Of a DNA stretch of 64,000 nt, positions 18,983 through 26,346 are shown piece by piece. Below the pieces are notes generated by a model, which had not been told where the DNA came from, ran no database searches, and saw nothing but the letters and a program-made list of their open reading frames with translations. The DNA lies in assembly GCA_964397855.1 (NCBI GenBank), contig CAYNKQ010000002.1:3884-67883 (forward strand), read 5' to 3'. The stretch's first letter is position 1, and the number at the start of each line of letters is the position of its first letter. The DNA is from an uncultured Candidatus Saccharibacteria bacterium (GTDB lineage Bacteria > Patescibacteriota > Saccharimonadia > Saccharimonadales > UBA7683). Made by a program: the position numbers and the translations under genes.

Positions 18983-19290
18983 AACAGTTCGCCTACTCTT
19001 ACATAGTATTCGCCGTCTTCGCCTAAGACTTCGACGCCTTCTGACTCTAGGTGCTGCTTATGAGCCCTTCTTCCGCCAGGGTACCCGGCCGCAAGGCCAC
19101 CCTTTTTGTTGACAACTCGCTGCCAGGGCAAATCAGGATCGCCAAAGTGAGCGATACCACCCACTATACGAGCGGCTCTTGCGTTACCAGTTAGTGCAGC
19201 AAGTTGCCCATAGGTCATAACTCTTCCTTTGGGTATCTGTGCAACAAGCGCATATACCCGGTCTTTAAAGTTGTTATCGACTTCGTTCAT
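18952..19290 (-). CDS. Alkyltransferase-like (ATL) protein of the MGMT/Ogt DNA-binding-domain family, lacking the acceptor Cys
   Basis: 112 aa. IPKGRVMTYGQLAALTGNARAARIVGGIA...LPWQRVVN. Active MGMTs have PCHRV at that position. Overlaps the miaA start by 31 nt. Confidence 0.8.
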   Translation of the reverse strand: MNEVDNNFKDRVYALVAQIPKGRVMTYGQLAALTGNARAARIVGGIAHFGDPDLPWQRVVNKKGGLAAGYPGGRRAHKQHLESEGVEVLGEDGEYYVRVGELLWNPNQPRLL

Positions 19291-19295
19291 AAACT

Positions 19296-21143
19296 CTATA
19301 GGGATGATTTCTGAACACGCCCTTTAGTTTCGTGAACAATGCTCTGCATAAAGTTTTCGAGCGGATACGCTTTTTCTTTGCGACCATCTACAGCCAGATC
19401 TCCTCGAACACGAGGTGAAAGCTCTTTGGTTTCAAGTTCTTTCTCGCCAATTACAACAGTATAAGGAATCTTCATCAGCTCAGAATTGCGGATCTTTTTA
19501 CCGACGGATTCATTGGAACGATCAATCTGACATCTGATACCATTCTCTTTTGCAAATGTTGCAATTTCATCAACGAAACTATCAAGTTCAGGAGAGTCCT
19601 TTACTTGAATGATTCGTAGCTGTTCTGGCGCAAGCCAAACCGGGAACCTTCCGGCAGTATGCTCTATGTAGACACTGAGAAACCTTTCAAAAGAACCAAG
19701 CAACGCTTTATGGATCATGACCGGACGCCGCTTTGTGCCATCGTCAGCAATATATTCAAGTTCAAATCGTTCGGGCTGCAAAAAGTCCAACTGCTCGGTA
19801 GCAAGTTGCCATTCTCTACCCAGTGCATCTTTTGCCATGATATCGATCTTAGGACCGTAAAAGGCAGCTTCGCCTTCTTCAACTGTATAATCGAGCTCCA
19901 GTTTTTTGGCTACATCTTCAATTGTAGACTGAGCACTTTCCCAAAGTTTTTTGTCCCCAAGATACTTATCAGTCTCATCCCTAAAACTCAGTACCGCACG
20001 CCACTCCAGCTGGAACTTTGAATACATTTCTTTGATCATTCCCATAATTGATGTGAATTCTTCTTCGATTTGATCAACTCTACAAAATACGTGAGCATCG
20101 TCTTGCGTAGCACCACGAACCCTTGAAAGACCATGAAGCTCTCCGGCCTTTTCGTCGCGATACACAATCGTATTTTCCATGTATCGAATCGGGAGGTCAC
20201 GATAACTACGTGGTTTTGCGGCATATATTTGGGTGTGGTGAGGGCAGTTCATCGGCTTCATCATAAACTCATCACTCGATTCAGTACTTGTAACACTAAA
20301 GCGTTCTGGGTATTTGTCGTAGTGTCCAGATTTCTGGTACAGCGCGATCTTGGCAATGTGAGGTATTGAGACCCTTTCGTAACCAGCATTGGCTTGAAGT
20401 TCCTGGGAAAATTTGCCGATTTCTTCTCTGAGGATTGTGCCCCTCGGGGTGAATAGCGGTAAACCGGACCCAACCAGTTCAGAGAACACAAACAGATCAA
20501 GCTCTTGGCCAAGTTTTCGGTGATCGCGCTTCTTAGCCTCTTCGAGCATTTGCAAGTAGGTGTGCAACTCTTCCTTAGTCTCAAACGCCACCCCATAGAG
20601 ACGCTGCATCTGAGGATTACCTTCTTTGCCACGCCAATATGCGCCAGCTACGCGCATTAATTTAAATGCCCCCGTTTTGCCAGTATTTTCAACATGTGGA
20701 CCACGACAAAGATCGGTGAACTCGCCGTTACTGTAAAAAGATACATTTTCGACGGCAGCATCACCTTCGGTAATAGTGCCCAGCTCACCAGCGTCTAGGT
20801 CTTTTGCAATCGTAGTACCAGCACGCTTAAGATCATTTAGTAGCTCTTCTTTATAGGGCTGTTTCGATGCCTGAGCCCACTCGAGTGCATCATCGATAGA
20901 TTTTTCTGAACGTTCAAATTCCTGCTTTTGATTTACAACTTTACGCATCTGCTCTTCAATTTTTTTAAAGTCTTCTGTTGAGATAGTTACATTTGGAATG
21001 TCGATATCGTAGTAAAAACCATTTTCCACTACAGGGCCGACACCGAGCTTTGCCTCTGGCCATAAGGTCGTTACGGCAGTTGCCATAATGTGCGCTAAAC
21101 TGTGGCGCATTGCATGAAGTTGGTCGGTTTGTTGATCTGCCAT
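19296..21143 (-). CDS. thrS: Threonyl-tRNA synthetase
   Basis: 615 aa. Editing-domain motif HAMRHSLAHIMA. Class II motifs FMMKPMNCPHH and GLSRVRGATQDDAHVF. Anticodon-binding C-terminus. Confidence 0.95.
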   Translation of the reverse strand: MADQQTDQLHAMRHSLAHIMATAVTTLWPEAKLGVGPVVENGFYYDIDIPNVTISTEDFKKIEEQMRKVVNQKQEFERSEKSIDDALEWAQASKQPYKEELLNDLKRAGTTIAKDLDAGELGTITEGDAAVENVSFYSNGEFTDLCRGPHVENTGKTGAFKLMRVAGAYWRGKEGNPQMQRLYGVAFETKEELHTYLQMLEEAKKRDHRKLGQELDLFVFSELVGSGLPLFTPRGTILREEIGKFSQELQANAGYERVSIPHIAKIALYQKSGHYDKYPERFSVTSTESSDEFMMKPMNCPHHTQIYAAKPRSYRDLPIRYMENTIVYRDEKAGELHGLSRVRGATQDDAHVFCRVDQIEEEFTSIMGMIKEMYSKFQLEWRAVLSFRDETDKYLGDKKLWESAQSTIEDVAKKLELDYTVEEGEAAFYGPKIDIMAKDALGREWQLATEQLDFLQPERFELEYIADDGTKRRPVMIHKALLGSFERFLSVYIEHTAGRFPVWLAPEQLRIIQVKDSPELDSFVDEIATFAKENGIRCQIDRSNESVGKKIRNSELMKIPYTVVIGEKELETKELSPRVRGDLAVDGRKEKAYPLENFMQSIVHETKGRVQKSSL

Positions 21144-21401
21144 ACTGTTCCTTTCTGGCTTAATAATTACAAAAACACGCTACTAGACGAATTATTTTCA
21201 TCTGTTAGCGTGTTTCGGGCCCGTTACCAGGCTGTTCCACCGAAATCTTTCACTCTTACCAGCACTAGTTACAGGTGTTCTGGTCTTGCCCCTGGAGCTC
21301 CACAGTTCGTTACACTGCTTCTATGCTTAATCTTATTGTACCACTTTGGTTCTTCGACTTACTCAGAATCATTCATTTTGATTAACCATGAGTTTGTCGA
21401 A
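21144..21401 (-). promoter_or_regulatory. Candidate T-box riboswitch leader of thrS (antiterminator/terminator)
   Basis: Minus strand GAUUUCGGUGGAACAGCC (rc of 21230-21247) matches T-box AAUUAGGGUGGUACCGCG at 13/18 positions, including the GGUGGNAC core. Antiterminator: UUUCGG/CCGAAA, a 7-nt bulge UGGAACA, and GCCU/GGGC. Competing terminator: ACACGCUA (21182-21175) / UAGCGUGU (21213-21206), then a U-run. I did not fold Stem I convincingly. Confidence 0.5.
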
Positions 21402-21478
21402 TGGTGGGCGATGGAGGATTTGAACCTCCCACCTCCTCAACGTCAATGAGGCGCTCTAGCCAAATGAGCTAATCGCCC
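21402..21478 (-). tRNA. tRNA-Val (anticodon GAC), CCA encoded
   Basis: Minus strand GGGCGAU-UA-GCUC-AUUUGGCUA-GAGC-G-CCUCA-UUGACGU-UGAGG-AGGUG-GGAGG-UUCAAAU-CCUCC-AUCGCCC-ACCA. Confidence 0.9.
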
Positions 21479-21553
21479 TAGTACCAAGTGAACGTAATTA
21501 TAGTACTAAAAACAGGGGTAAAGTGCAATAACCCAAGCGATTTGTAGCATTAT

Positions 21554-22177
21554 TCAAGAGAGCCTCCTAACGACACTCCCAAGCCAAAGTGACTGAGGCA
21601 CGTTAACTAAAGATCTCGTTGCAATACACCGCTGCTTTGATCCAAAATTTACATCAACCAAAACAGGAGCATCTGTAACTTGACCAGGCAGGGTGCCAAC
21701 TAACAAGTTGTGTGAAGCCGCTGGCCTAGGTAGGCCACCAGGCCTCCCCCATAAATCGGGCATGTGCCCCGTTTCACGCCTCATTTGCCTGCTCCGTTGA
21801 TACACTTCAGTAATCTCATCTATCACAGTATCATCTACCTCAGCGGAAGCTAGATAGCATTCCACGCTCACACCCTCCATGAATGGCTGCTGCTGCTCGA
21901 CCACCCATAGCCCGCTTCCAATTGAGAGCATGTCAATCTCGGTACTTATAGCAATACCACCCAAGTGGGTCTCTATCAACTCTAGCTCTTGTCGTAAAAT
22001 ATCCCTAAACCGTCTTGCTTCGCTACGACTAAAAGTATCGTGGGAGACCTTCACTACTCGAGGCTCATCAACATCACGATATGCCTGAAACCCTTTTCCA
22101 GACCCAATTTTTACAAAGCTATCACCTGGGTATTCGGCAGCCTCGTGCGCAGCACTCAAGAAGTGTACTCCTCGCAA
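21554..22177 (-). CDS. Hypothetical protein with protein-kinase-like motif spacing
   Basis: 207 aa. VVKVSH (candidate beta3 Lys), ELELIE, HMPDLWGRPG...NLLV, VLVDVNFG (DFG-like). Overlaps the tgt 3' end by 22 nt. By eye it looks more G+C-rich than its neighbours. Confidence 0.5.
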   Translation of the reverse strand: MRGVHFLSAAHEAAEYPGDSFVKIGSGKGFQAYRDVDEPRVVKVSHDTFSRSEARRFRDILRQELELIETHLGGIAISTEIDMLSIGSGLWVVEQQQPFMEGVSVECYLASAEVDDTVIDEITEVYQRSRQMRRETGHMPDLWGRPGGLPRPAASHNLLVGTLPGQVTDAPVLVDVNFGSKQRCIATRSLVNVPQSLWLGSVVRRLS

Positions 22178-23229
22178 ATCCGCTGGAGATAACGAATATT
22201 ATGTATTGAAGCCAGAGTCCCAGCTAGCGGCTCCCCTACTTTAAACTGGTGTCGCAAGAATCCACGTGAGAATTTGTTCACGCAAGTATAGCAGTCACAT
22301 ATATCATCTATGACGTTCGTACTTAGCTTATGTATCTCAGATTTGAGATTAAGACGTTCATCACCAGATGACCACACGCTACCATGCCGAGCGTTCCTGG
22401 TTGGAATAACACAGTCAAGCATGTCAAAACCGCACTCAATAGCCTTTCTAAGATCTCGCGGATCACCCACCCCAAGTAAGAATCGTGGTCGATTAGAATC
22501 ATCAAATAGCGGGGCAAGAAATTCAAACATTTCATGCATCTCTTCCCTAGTCTCTCCAACCGAAAGCCCGCCAATTGCTATGCCACCAACAGGTAGACCC
22601 TGGACAATCTCTAAGCTTTTTCTTCTAAGTTCTTTGTCTAACCCACCTTGCACAACACCAAAAAGCAGCGGCTTCTCTTCGTCTGTCATATCCTGAGTGA
22701 GTCGATTATACTCAGCGATACTACGTTCTAACCAGCGATGAGTTCTTTCGAATGCCTCTTGAGTTCTACCGCGGGCCGCTTGTTCCAGCGAAACAACATC
22801 GTCAAAAGCGACAATCATATCCGCGCCAAGCTTCATTTGTATTTGAATCGAAATTTCAGGAGAAAGGAATACAATGTCACCAGACCGTGGATCTTTAAAT
22901 GTGACACCCTCTTCAGCGATCTTATTAATGTGGGCCAGCGAGAATACTTGAAAACCACCTGAGTCCGTAAGCATGGGTAAATCTTGACCGGTAAAAGTGT
23001 GGAGACCACCCAACGATGCTACGACACCTTCACCCGGTTGCATATGTAAGTGATACGTATTCGCAAGTACAACCTGTACGCCAGTAGATTTCACCATCTC
23101 GGGTGTCAACGACTTAACCGCACCCCGAGTACCATCGGGCATAAACGTCGGGGTAATAATATTCTTACCGCGGACAGTTAGTTCGCCAGTACGTGAATAC
23201 TCGCCTATCTTCTTTTTCTCTACATACAT
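22156..23229 (-). CDS. tgt: Queuine tRNA-ribosyltransferase (tRNA-guanine transglycosylase)
   Basis: 357 aa. TPTFMPDGTRGAVK, VLANTYHL, MLTDSGGFQVFSL, and the Zn site CDCYTC...H. Confidence 0.93.
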   Translation of the reverse strand: MYVEKKKIGEYSRTGELTVRGKNIITPTFMPDGTRGAVKSLTPEMVKSTGVQVVLANTYHLHMQPGEGVVASLGGLHTFTGQDLPMLTDSGGFQVFSLAHINKIAEEGVTFKDPRSGDIVFLSPEISIQIQMKLGADMIVAFDDVVSLEQAARGRTQEAFERTHRWLERSIAEYNRLTQDMTDEEKPLLFGVVQGGLDKELRRKSLEIVQGLPVGGIAIGGLSVGETREEMHEMFEFLAPLFDDSNRPRFLLGVGDPRDLRKAIECGFDMLDCVIPTRNARHGSVWSSGDERLNLKSEIHKLSTNVIDDICDCYTCVNKFSRGFLRHQFKVGEPLAGTLASIHNIRYLQRICEEYTS

Positions 23230-23237
23230 CTGGGTAG

Positions 23238-23246
23238 ATTATAGCA
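23238..23246 (-). promoter_or_regulatory. Extended -10 promoter (TGcTATAAT) 8 nt upstream of the tgt ATG (leaderless arrangement)
   Basis: The rc of 23229-23246 is TGCTATAATctacccagATG. There is no room for an SD. Confidence 0.45.
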
Positions 23247-23255
23247 GAGGCGGGG

Positions 23256-23313
23256 TTAGTTCTTAGTTCTTAGTTCTTAGTTCTTAGTTCTTAGTTCTTA
23301 GTTCTTAGTTCTG
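23256..23313. repeat. Heptanucleotide microsatellite (TTCTTAG) x7 plus partial units
   Basis: Perfect tandem copies at 23260-23308, flanked by partial units TTAG (23256-23259) and TTCTG (23309-23313). Lies 27-85 nt upstream of the tgt start. The unit proximal to tgt occupies the -35 position of the tgt promoter. Confidence 0.95.
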
Positions 23314-23321
23314 TTAATCAT

Positions 23322-23513
23322 AACCCTCGCCTAGCGAGACAACTAATCCACCCATTCAACCAAACCCGAACCCTGGAAGGCTCTGTGTGACGAGTCAAGG
23401 AGTGACTTGCCCGAATCAGTAACTAAAGAATATATGAGGGATGCTTGCATCGTCACGACGCGTCACACAGGGCCTGGAGGGGTATCGAGGCTTGGGTGTT
23501 ATGGGTGAGGGTT
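23322..23513. other. Long imperfect inverted repeat / candidate structured RNA
   Basis: CTGTGTGACG (23383-23392) vs CGTCACACAG (23461-23470). CACCCAT (23349-23355) vs ATGGGTG (23501-23507). AACCCTC (23322-23328) vs GAGGGTT (23507-23513). Internal hairpins CTCGC-cta-GCGAG and AGTCA-aggag-TGACT. No ORF of 60 aa or more on either strand. Confidence 0.25.
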
Positions 23514-23897
23514 TTGTATTCCTTTTGTGCAAAAGGAATAAGAGGAAAGAGGTGAGAAGAAGCTGGCTGGAAGAGATGGAGGGTTGGAGAAGCTTGGGGT
23601 GCTAAGACAGGAAGTTGATGTGTTGATGACTGGATCTTTCCACTGCGGTCAGGATGACACTGCTTTGCTAAAGCTGTGGAGTAGGGGCTGATTGTTTAGA
23701 CTGACTTCGCCTCAGCAAACAACGAGATAGGAAAAGTGGCCACTCCATTGTCACACTCTTAACAGATGTAAAGATTGTACTTATCCTCTACTATCGCTAA
23801 CTTATCCACAAATGATTTGCAATAAAAATGCAGCCTGTGATATGCTTGATCACTGTCGGGCAAGAATTAACGTAATATAGGTCGAAACTTGTCCATA

Positions 23898-23926
23898 TTG
23901 ACAAATCAATTAGCTTATGCTAATAT
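23898..23926 (+). promoter_or_regulatory. Near-consensus sigma-70 promoter with extended -10
   Basis: TTGACA (23898-23903), 17 nt spacer ending in TGc, TAATAT (23921-23926). Confidence 0.6.
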
Positions 23927-23934
23927 TGGAGTAC

Positions 23935-24057
23935 ATGAGTAACAAACCCATGAAACACCAGAAGTCGCAGCTCGAAAAATTCAAACTATTTTTTGAAGAA
24001 ATCCCAGCTGCAAACCCTATGGGTAAAAGACTTCGCCGCAACAAAGCTGTAGTGTAA
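23935..24057 (+). CDS. Candidate 40-aa small protein (below the ORF-track threshold)
   Basis: MSNKPMKHQKSQLEKFKLFFEEIPAANPMGKRLRRNKAVV. GGAG lies 5 nt upstream of the ATG. It has its own promoter (23898-23926) and terminator (24087-24121). No family recognised. Confidence 0.45.
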   Translation: MSNKPMKHQKSQLEKFKLFFEEIPAANPMGKRLRRNKAVV

Positions 24058-24086
24058 ACTACACCCTAAGCGTAAAAGTAGAACAT

Positions 24087-24121
24087 AAAAAAAGCTGCAT
24101 TCATTTGCGGCTTTTTATTTT
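24087..24121 (+). terminator. Rho-independent terminator after the 40-aa ORF
   Basis: AGCTGCA (24093-24099) and TGCGGCT (24106-24112) with one G-U pair, a 6-nt loop, then TTTTTATTTTT. Confidence 0.65.
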
Positions 24122-24213
24122 TACCAAATAACAGATGGAGGTTGCTCTATCCCCAGAACCACATATGTTTATCCACTAGCATTTTACTCAGAGGTATGAC
24201 AATATATAGTCAT

Positions 24214-24663
24214 ATGATATGCCCATTCTGTTACAACAATACCAAGATCTATAACTCCCGAAGCACCCAGAACGGAACCCAGACCTGGCGCCGACATCGG
24301 TGCACTGACTGCATGAAATCATTTACCACCCGAGAAAAGATCGATTGGACCGGCCGGGTGCAGATCCAGTCCAACGACGGTGTCACCCCTTATAGCAGAG
24401 ACAGGCTACTTCTAAGTATCGCGCGGGCAGCAGCTGAGTTAGACCTACCAGCTGGAGCGATAACAGATCTAACAGATTCAGTCGAGGCGGAGCTCCAGAG
24501 AAATTTCTTTTTTACCCCTGAAGTCCAGCAAGCGGCTAGTATTACCGCCCTGTCTACTACGGTTATTGCGCGCTACGACTCAAACCTGGCCCTACAATAC
24601 ATTAATCAGATTTATCGCAGCAAACCTCCTAAAGAACTCGTGAAAGCCCTCTTGGACGCCTAG
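24214..24663 (+). CDS. nrdR: Transcriptional repressor NrdR (Zn-ribbon plus ATP-cone)
   Basis: I place the start at ATG 24214 (MICPFCYNNTKIYNSRSTQNGTQTWRRHRCTDCMKSFTTREKI). The track start at 24142 adds 24 non-conserved residues. ATG 24196 is an alternative. Confidence 0.85.
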   Translation: MICPFCYNNTKIYNSRSTQNGTQTWRRHRCTDCMKSFTTREKIDWTGRVQIQSNDGVTPYSRDRLLLSIARAAAELDLPAGAITDLTDSVEAELQRNFFFTPEVQQAASITALSTTVIARYDSNLALQYINQIYRSKPPKELVKALLDA

Positions 24664-24669
24664 AAGGGC

Positions 24670-26346
24670 TTAGGAAGCAAGTTCTTTTGGTGTCTTTGGC
24701 TTGGATCGCACGCCCTTGTGCGTCAACGCAAATTTATCAAGGTATTTCCCGAACATGAGCCGTGTCTGAGAATATAGACCCGCAAACGAACCGTAGATAA
24801 TGCTAGTAAATGGCAACAAGACCCACTGCACCAGCATTAAGATGCTTCTGTGCCGCTTGTATCTCTCTGGGCGTGGAGGTAAAAGCTTCATAGAAAGGAA
24901 TACTGCAATCATAAGACCTAACAGAGCCAAAGTTTGCGCATAACTTGCAATCACGGGTAACTGGTGAGCAACTATACTCTTGTTTGACTGTGGACCTATT
25001 AATAACGGGATGCGGGCTGCCAGCAATAGGAGTAACGAAGCAGTAGCCCAGCTTACATGTGTATCTAGTAGCCTGAAAAACTTTGGTATAAACATTCTGA
25101 GCGGAACAATCCGATTTTTTTTACGTCTGAAACCAAGATTAGCTATATACGGAATATCAGAAGTACCGTAGGCCCATCGGCTCACCTGTACAAACTGGTC
25201 TTTAAAGGTTTCTTTGTACGTATCAGAGAGAACCGCATCTTGGTAAGTTGGCGAATAGATAGGTATAACATGGTGATTTCCGCCAAACGTAAAATAGCTC
25301 CGCCAGAATTGGTGACCGTCTTCCACTACTGTTCGCACGCTCCACCAGTCAGTCTCCACCAATGCGTCAAGACTTTGGGCGTGACTCGAGAAGTTTCGAA
25401 GTAGATGCGGCCGAACGGACTGTGTAATGGTAAAGAAAGAGTTTCCTACAGCGAGCACACGCATAGCCGCAGGTACGTCCCAGATGTTATTGGTATATAG
25501 AGCAAGTGGCTGGTAAGAATGATGTTTGCGATCTTTAGTTAAAACGTATGAATAGCTCAGGTGAGCAAAATAGTCAGCATGCGGTCGGTTGTCTGCATCG
25601 AGAGTGGTGACCAGCACCTTGTTGTAGTCGATATCATGCTCTTTAAAGTACGGTAGAATCTGACGAGCAGCCCAGGTGATATTTCCTCCCTTACCTACTA
25701 CTTCATTTTCGAGTACAGTGTGTTTAGTGGTTGTTGCATATTGAAACTTACTACCAAATTCTTTAATAAGCCGCTTTGCTGTGGCCTCAGGCACCGCACC
25801 ACCCCGCTCTTCATATGCAATTACTAACATCAGCTGCTTGGCATTATATTTAGAATCAATCAGTGACTGAATTGTTGGCGCAACCACTTCATACGACTCC
25901 TTCCACATTGGAACAATTACAAGATGTAAGAGATCTTTTGGCGCAATATCATGAAGCTCTGTATCTGAAACATACTCTAGTAGATTTTCAAGGTGGACCT
26001 TTTCTCTGCGGTTAAGTGTTTTCTTAGCATCAGATAGTTTTTTTATTGCCTGACTGGGTGAGTCAAGATCATCTAGCCACAGTTGCCATGGTGACTTTGC
26101 AGATTCCTGCATACGGTTGTAGCCCTGAAGTGTTCTGAAGGCGATGGCGACTGAACGGTAAAACCAACTCATCATGAAAAACAGTATGAATATCGCCGCC
26201 GCCCGAGAAGTGGTGTCAATAAGGGTCAATATAATAGGTAGGGATAGTATAAACCAGCTAAGGCTACCTGGCAGTATTTCAAATAGACGATACTTTAGCG
26301 CTCGCTTACCAACTGGAATTTCTAGATCTTGGGAGAATCCAGCCAT
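24670..26346 (-). CDS. Membrane-embedded processive family-2 glycosyltransferase (cellulose/chitin/PNAG-synthase-like)
   Basis: 558 aa. N- and C-terminal TM helices. VIVPMWKESYEV, TTLDADNRPHADYF (DxD), QVSRWAYG (QxxRW). Confidence 0.85.
   Translation of the reverse strand: MAGFSQDLEIPVGKRALKYRLFEILPGSLSWFILSLPIILTLIDTTSRAAAIFILFFMMSWFYRSVAIAFRTLQGYNRMQESAKSPWQLWLDDLDSPSQAIKKLSDAKKTLNRREKVHLENLLEYVSDTELHDIAPKDLLHLVIVPMWKESYEVVAPTIQSLIDSKYNAKQLMLVIAYEERGGAVPEATAKRLIKEFGSKFQYATTTKHTVLENEVVGKGGNITWAARQILPYFKEHDIDYNKVLVTTLDADNRPHADYFAHLSYSYVLTKDRKHHSYQPLALYTNNIWDVPAAMRVLAVGNSFFTITQSVRPHLLRNFSSHAQSLDALVETDWWSVRTVVEDGHQFWRSYFTFGGNHHVIPIYSPTYQDAVLSDTYKETFKDQFVQVSRWAYGTSDIPYIANLGFRRKKNRIVPLRMFIPKFFRLLDTHVSWATASLLLLLAARIPLLIGPQSNKSIVAHQLPVIASYAQTLALLGLMIAVFLSMKLLPPRPERYKRHRSILMLVQWVLLPFTSIIYGSFAGLYSQTRLMFGKYLDKFALTHKGVRSKPKTPKELAS

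Noticed and set aside
21102-21449. 115-aa plus-strand ORF from the track
   Set aside because: It is antisense to the thrS start, the candidate T-box leader and tRNA-Val. It has no expression signals.
23715-23762. tmRNA-like tag reading frame GCA AAC AAC GAG... (ANNEIGKVATPLSHS*)
   Set aside because: It begins like an SsrA tag (A-N-). There is no tRNA-like acceptor/T-arm domain or pseudoknot context on either side, and the peptide does not end in the usual hydrophobic (L)AA. The CTCCACCA string at 9039-9046 likewise has no T-arm in front of it. I found no tmRNA gene in this window.
24161-24212. NrdR-box-like palindromes upstream of nrdR (ACATATGT; TGACAATATATAGTCA)
   Set aside because: Their centres are about 40 bp apart, not the ~31-32 bp typical of tandem NrdR boxes. 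The second palindrome overlaps what is more simply read as an extended -10 (TGaCAATAT) just upstream of the ATG.
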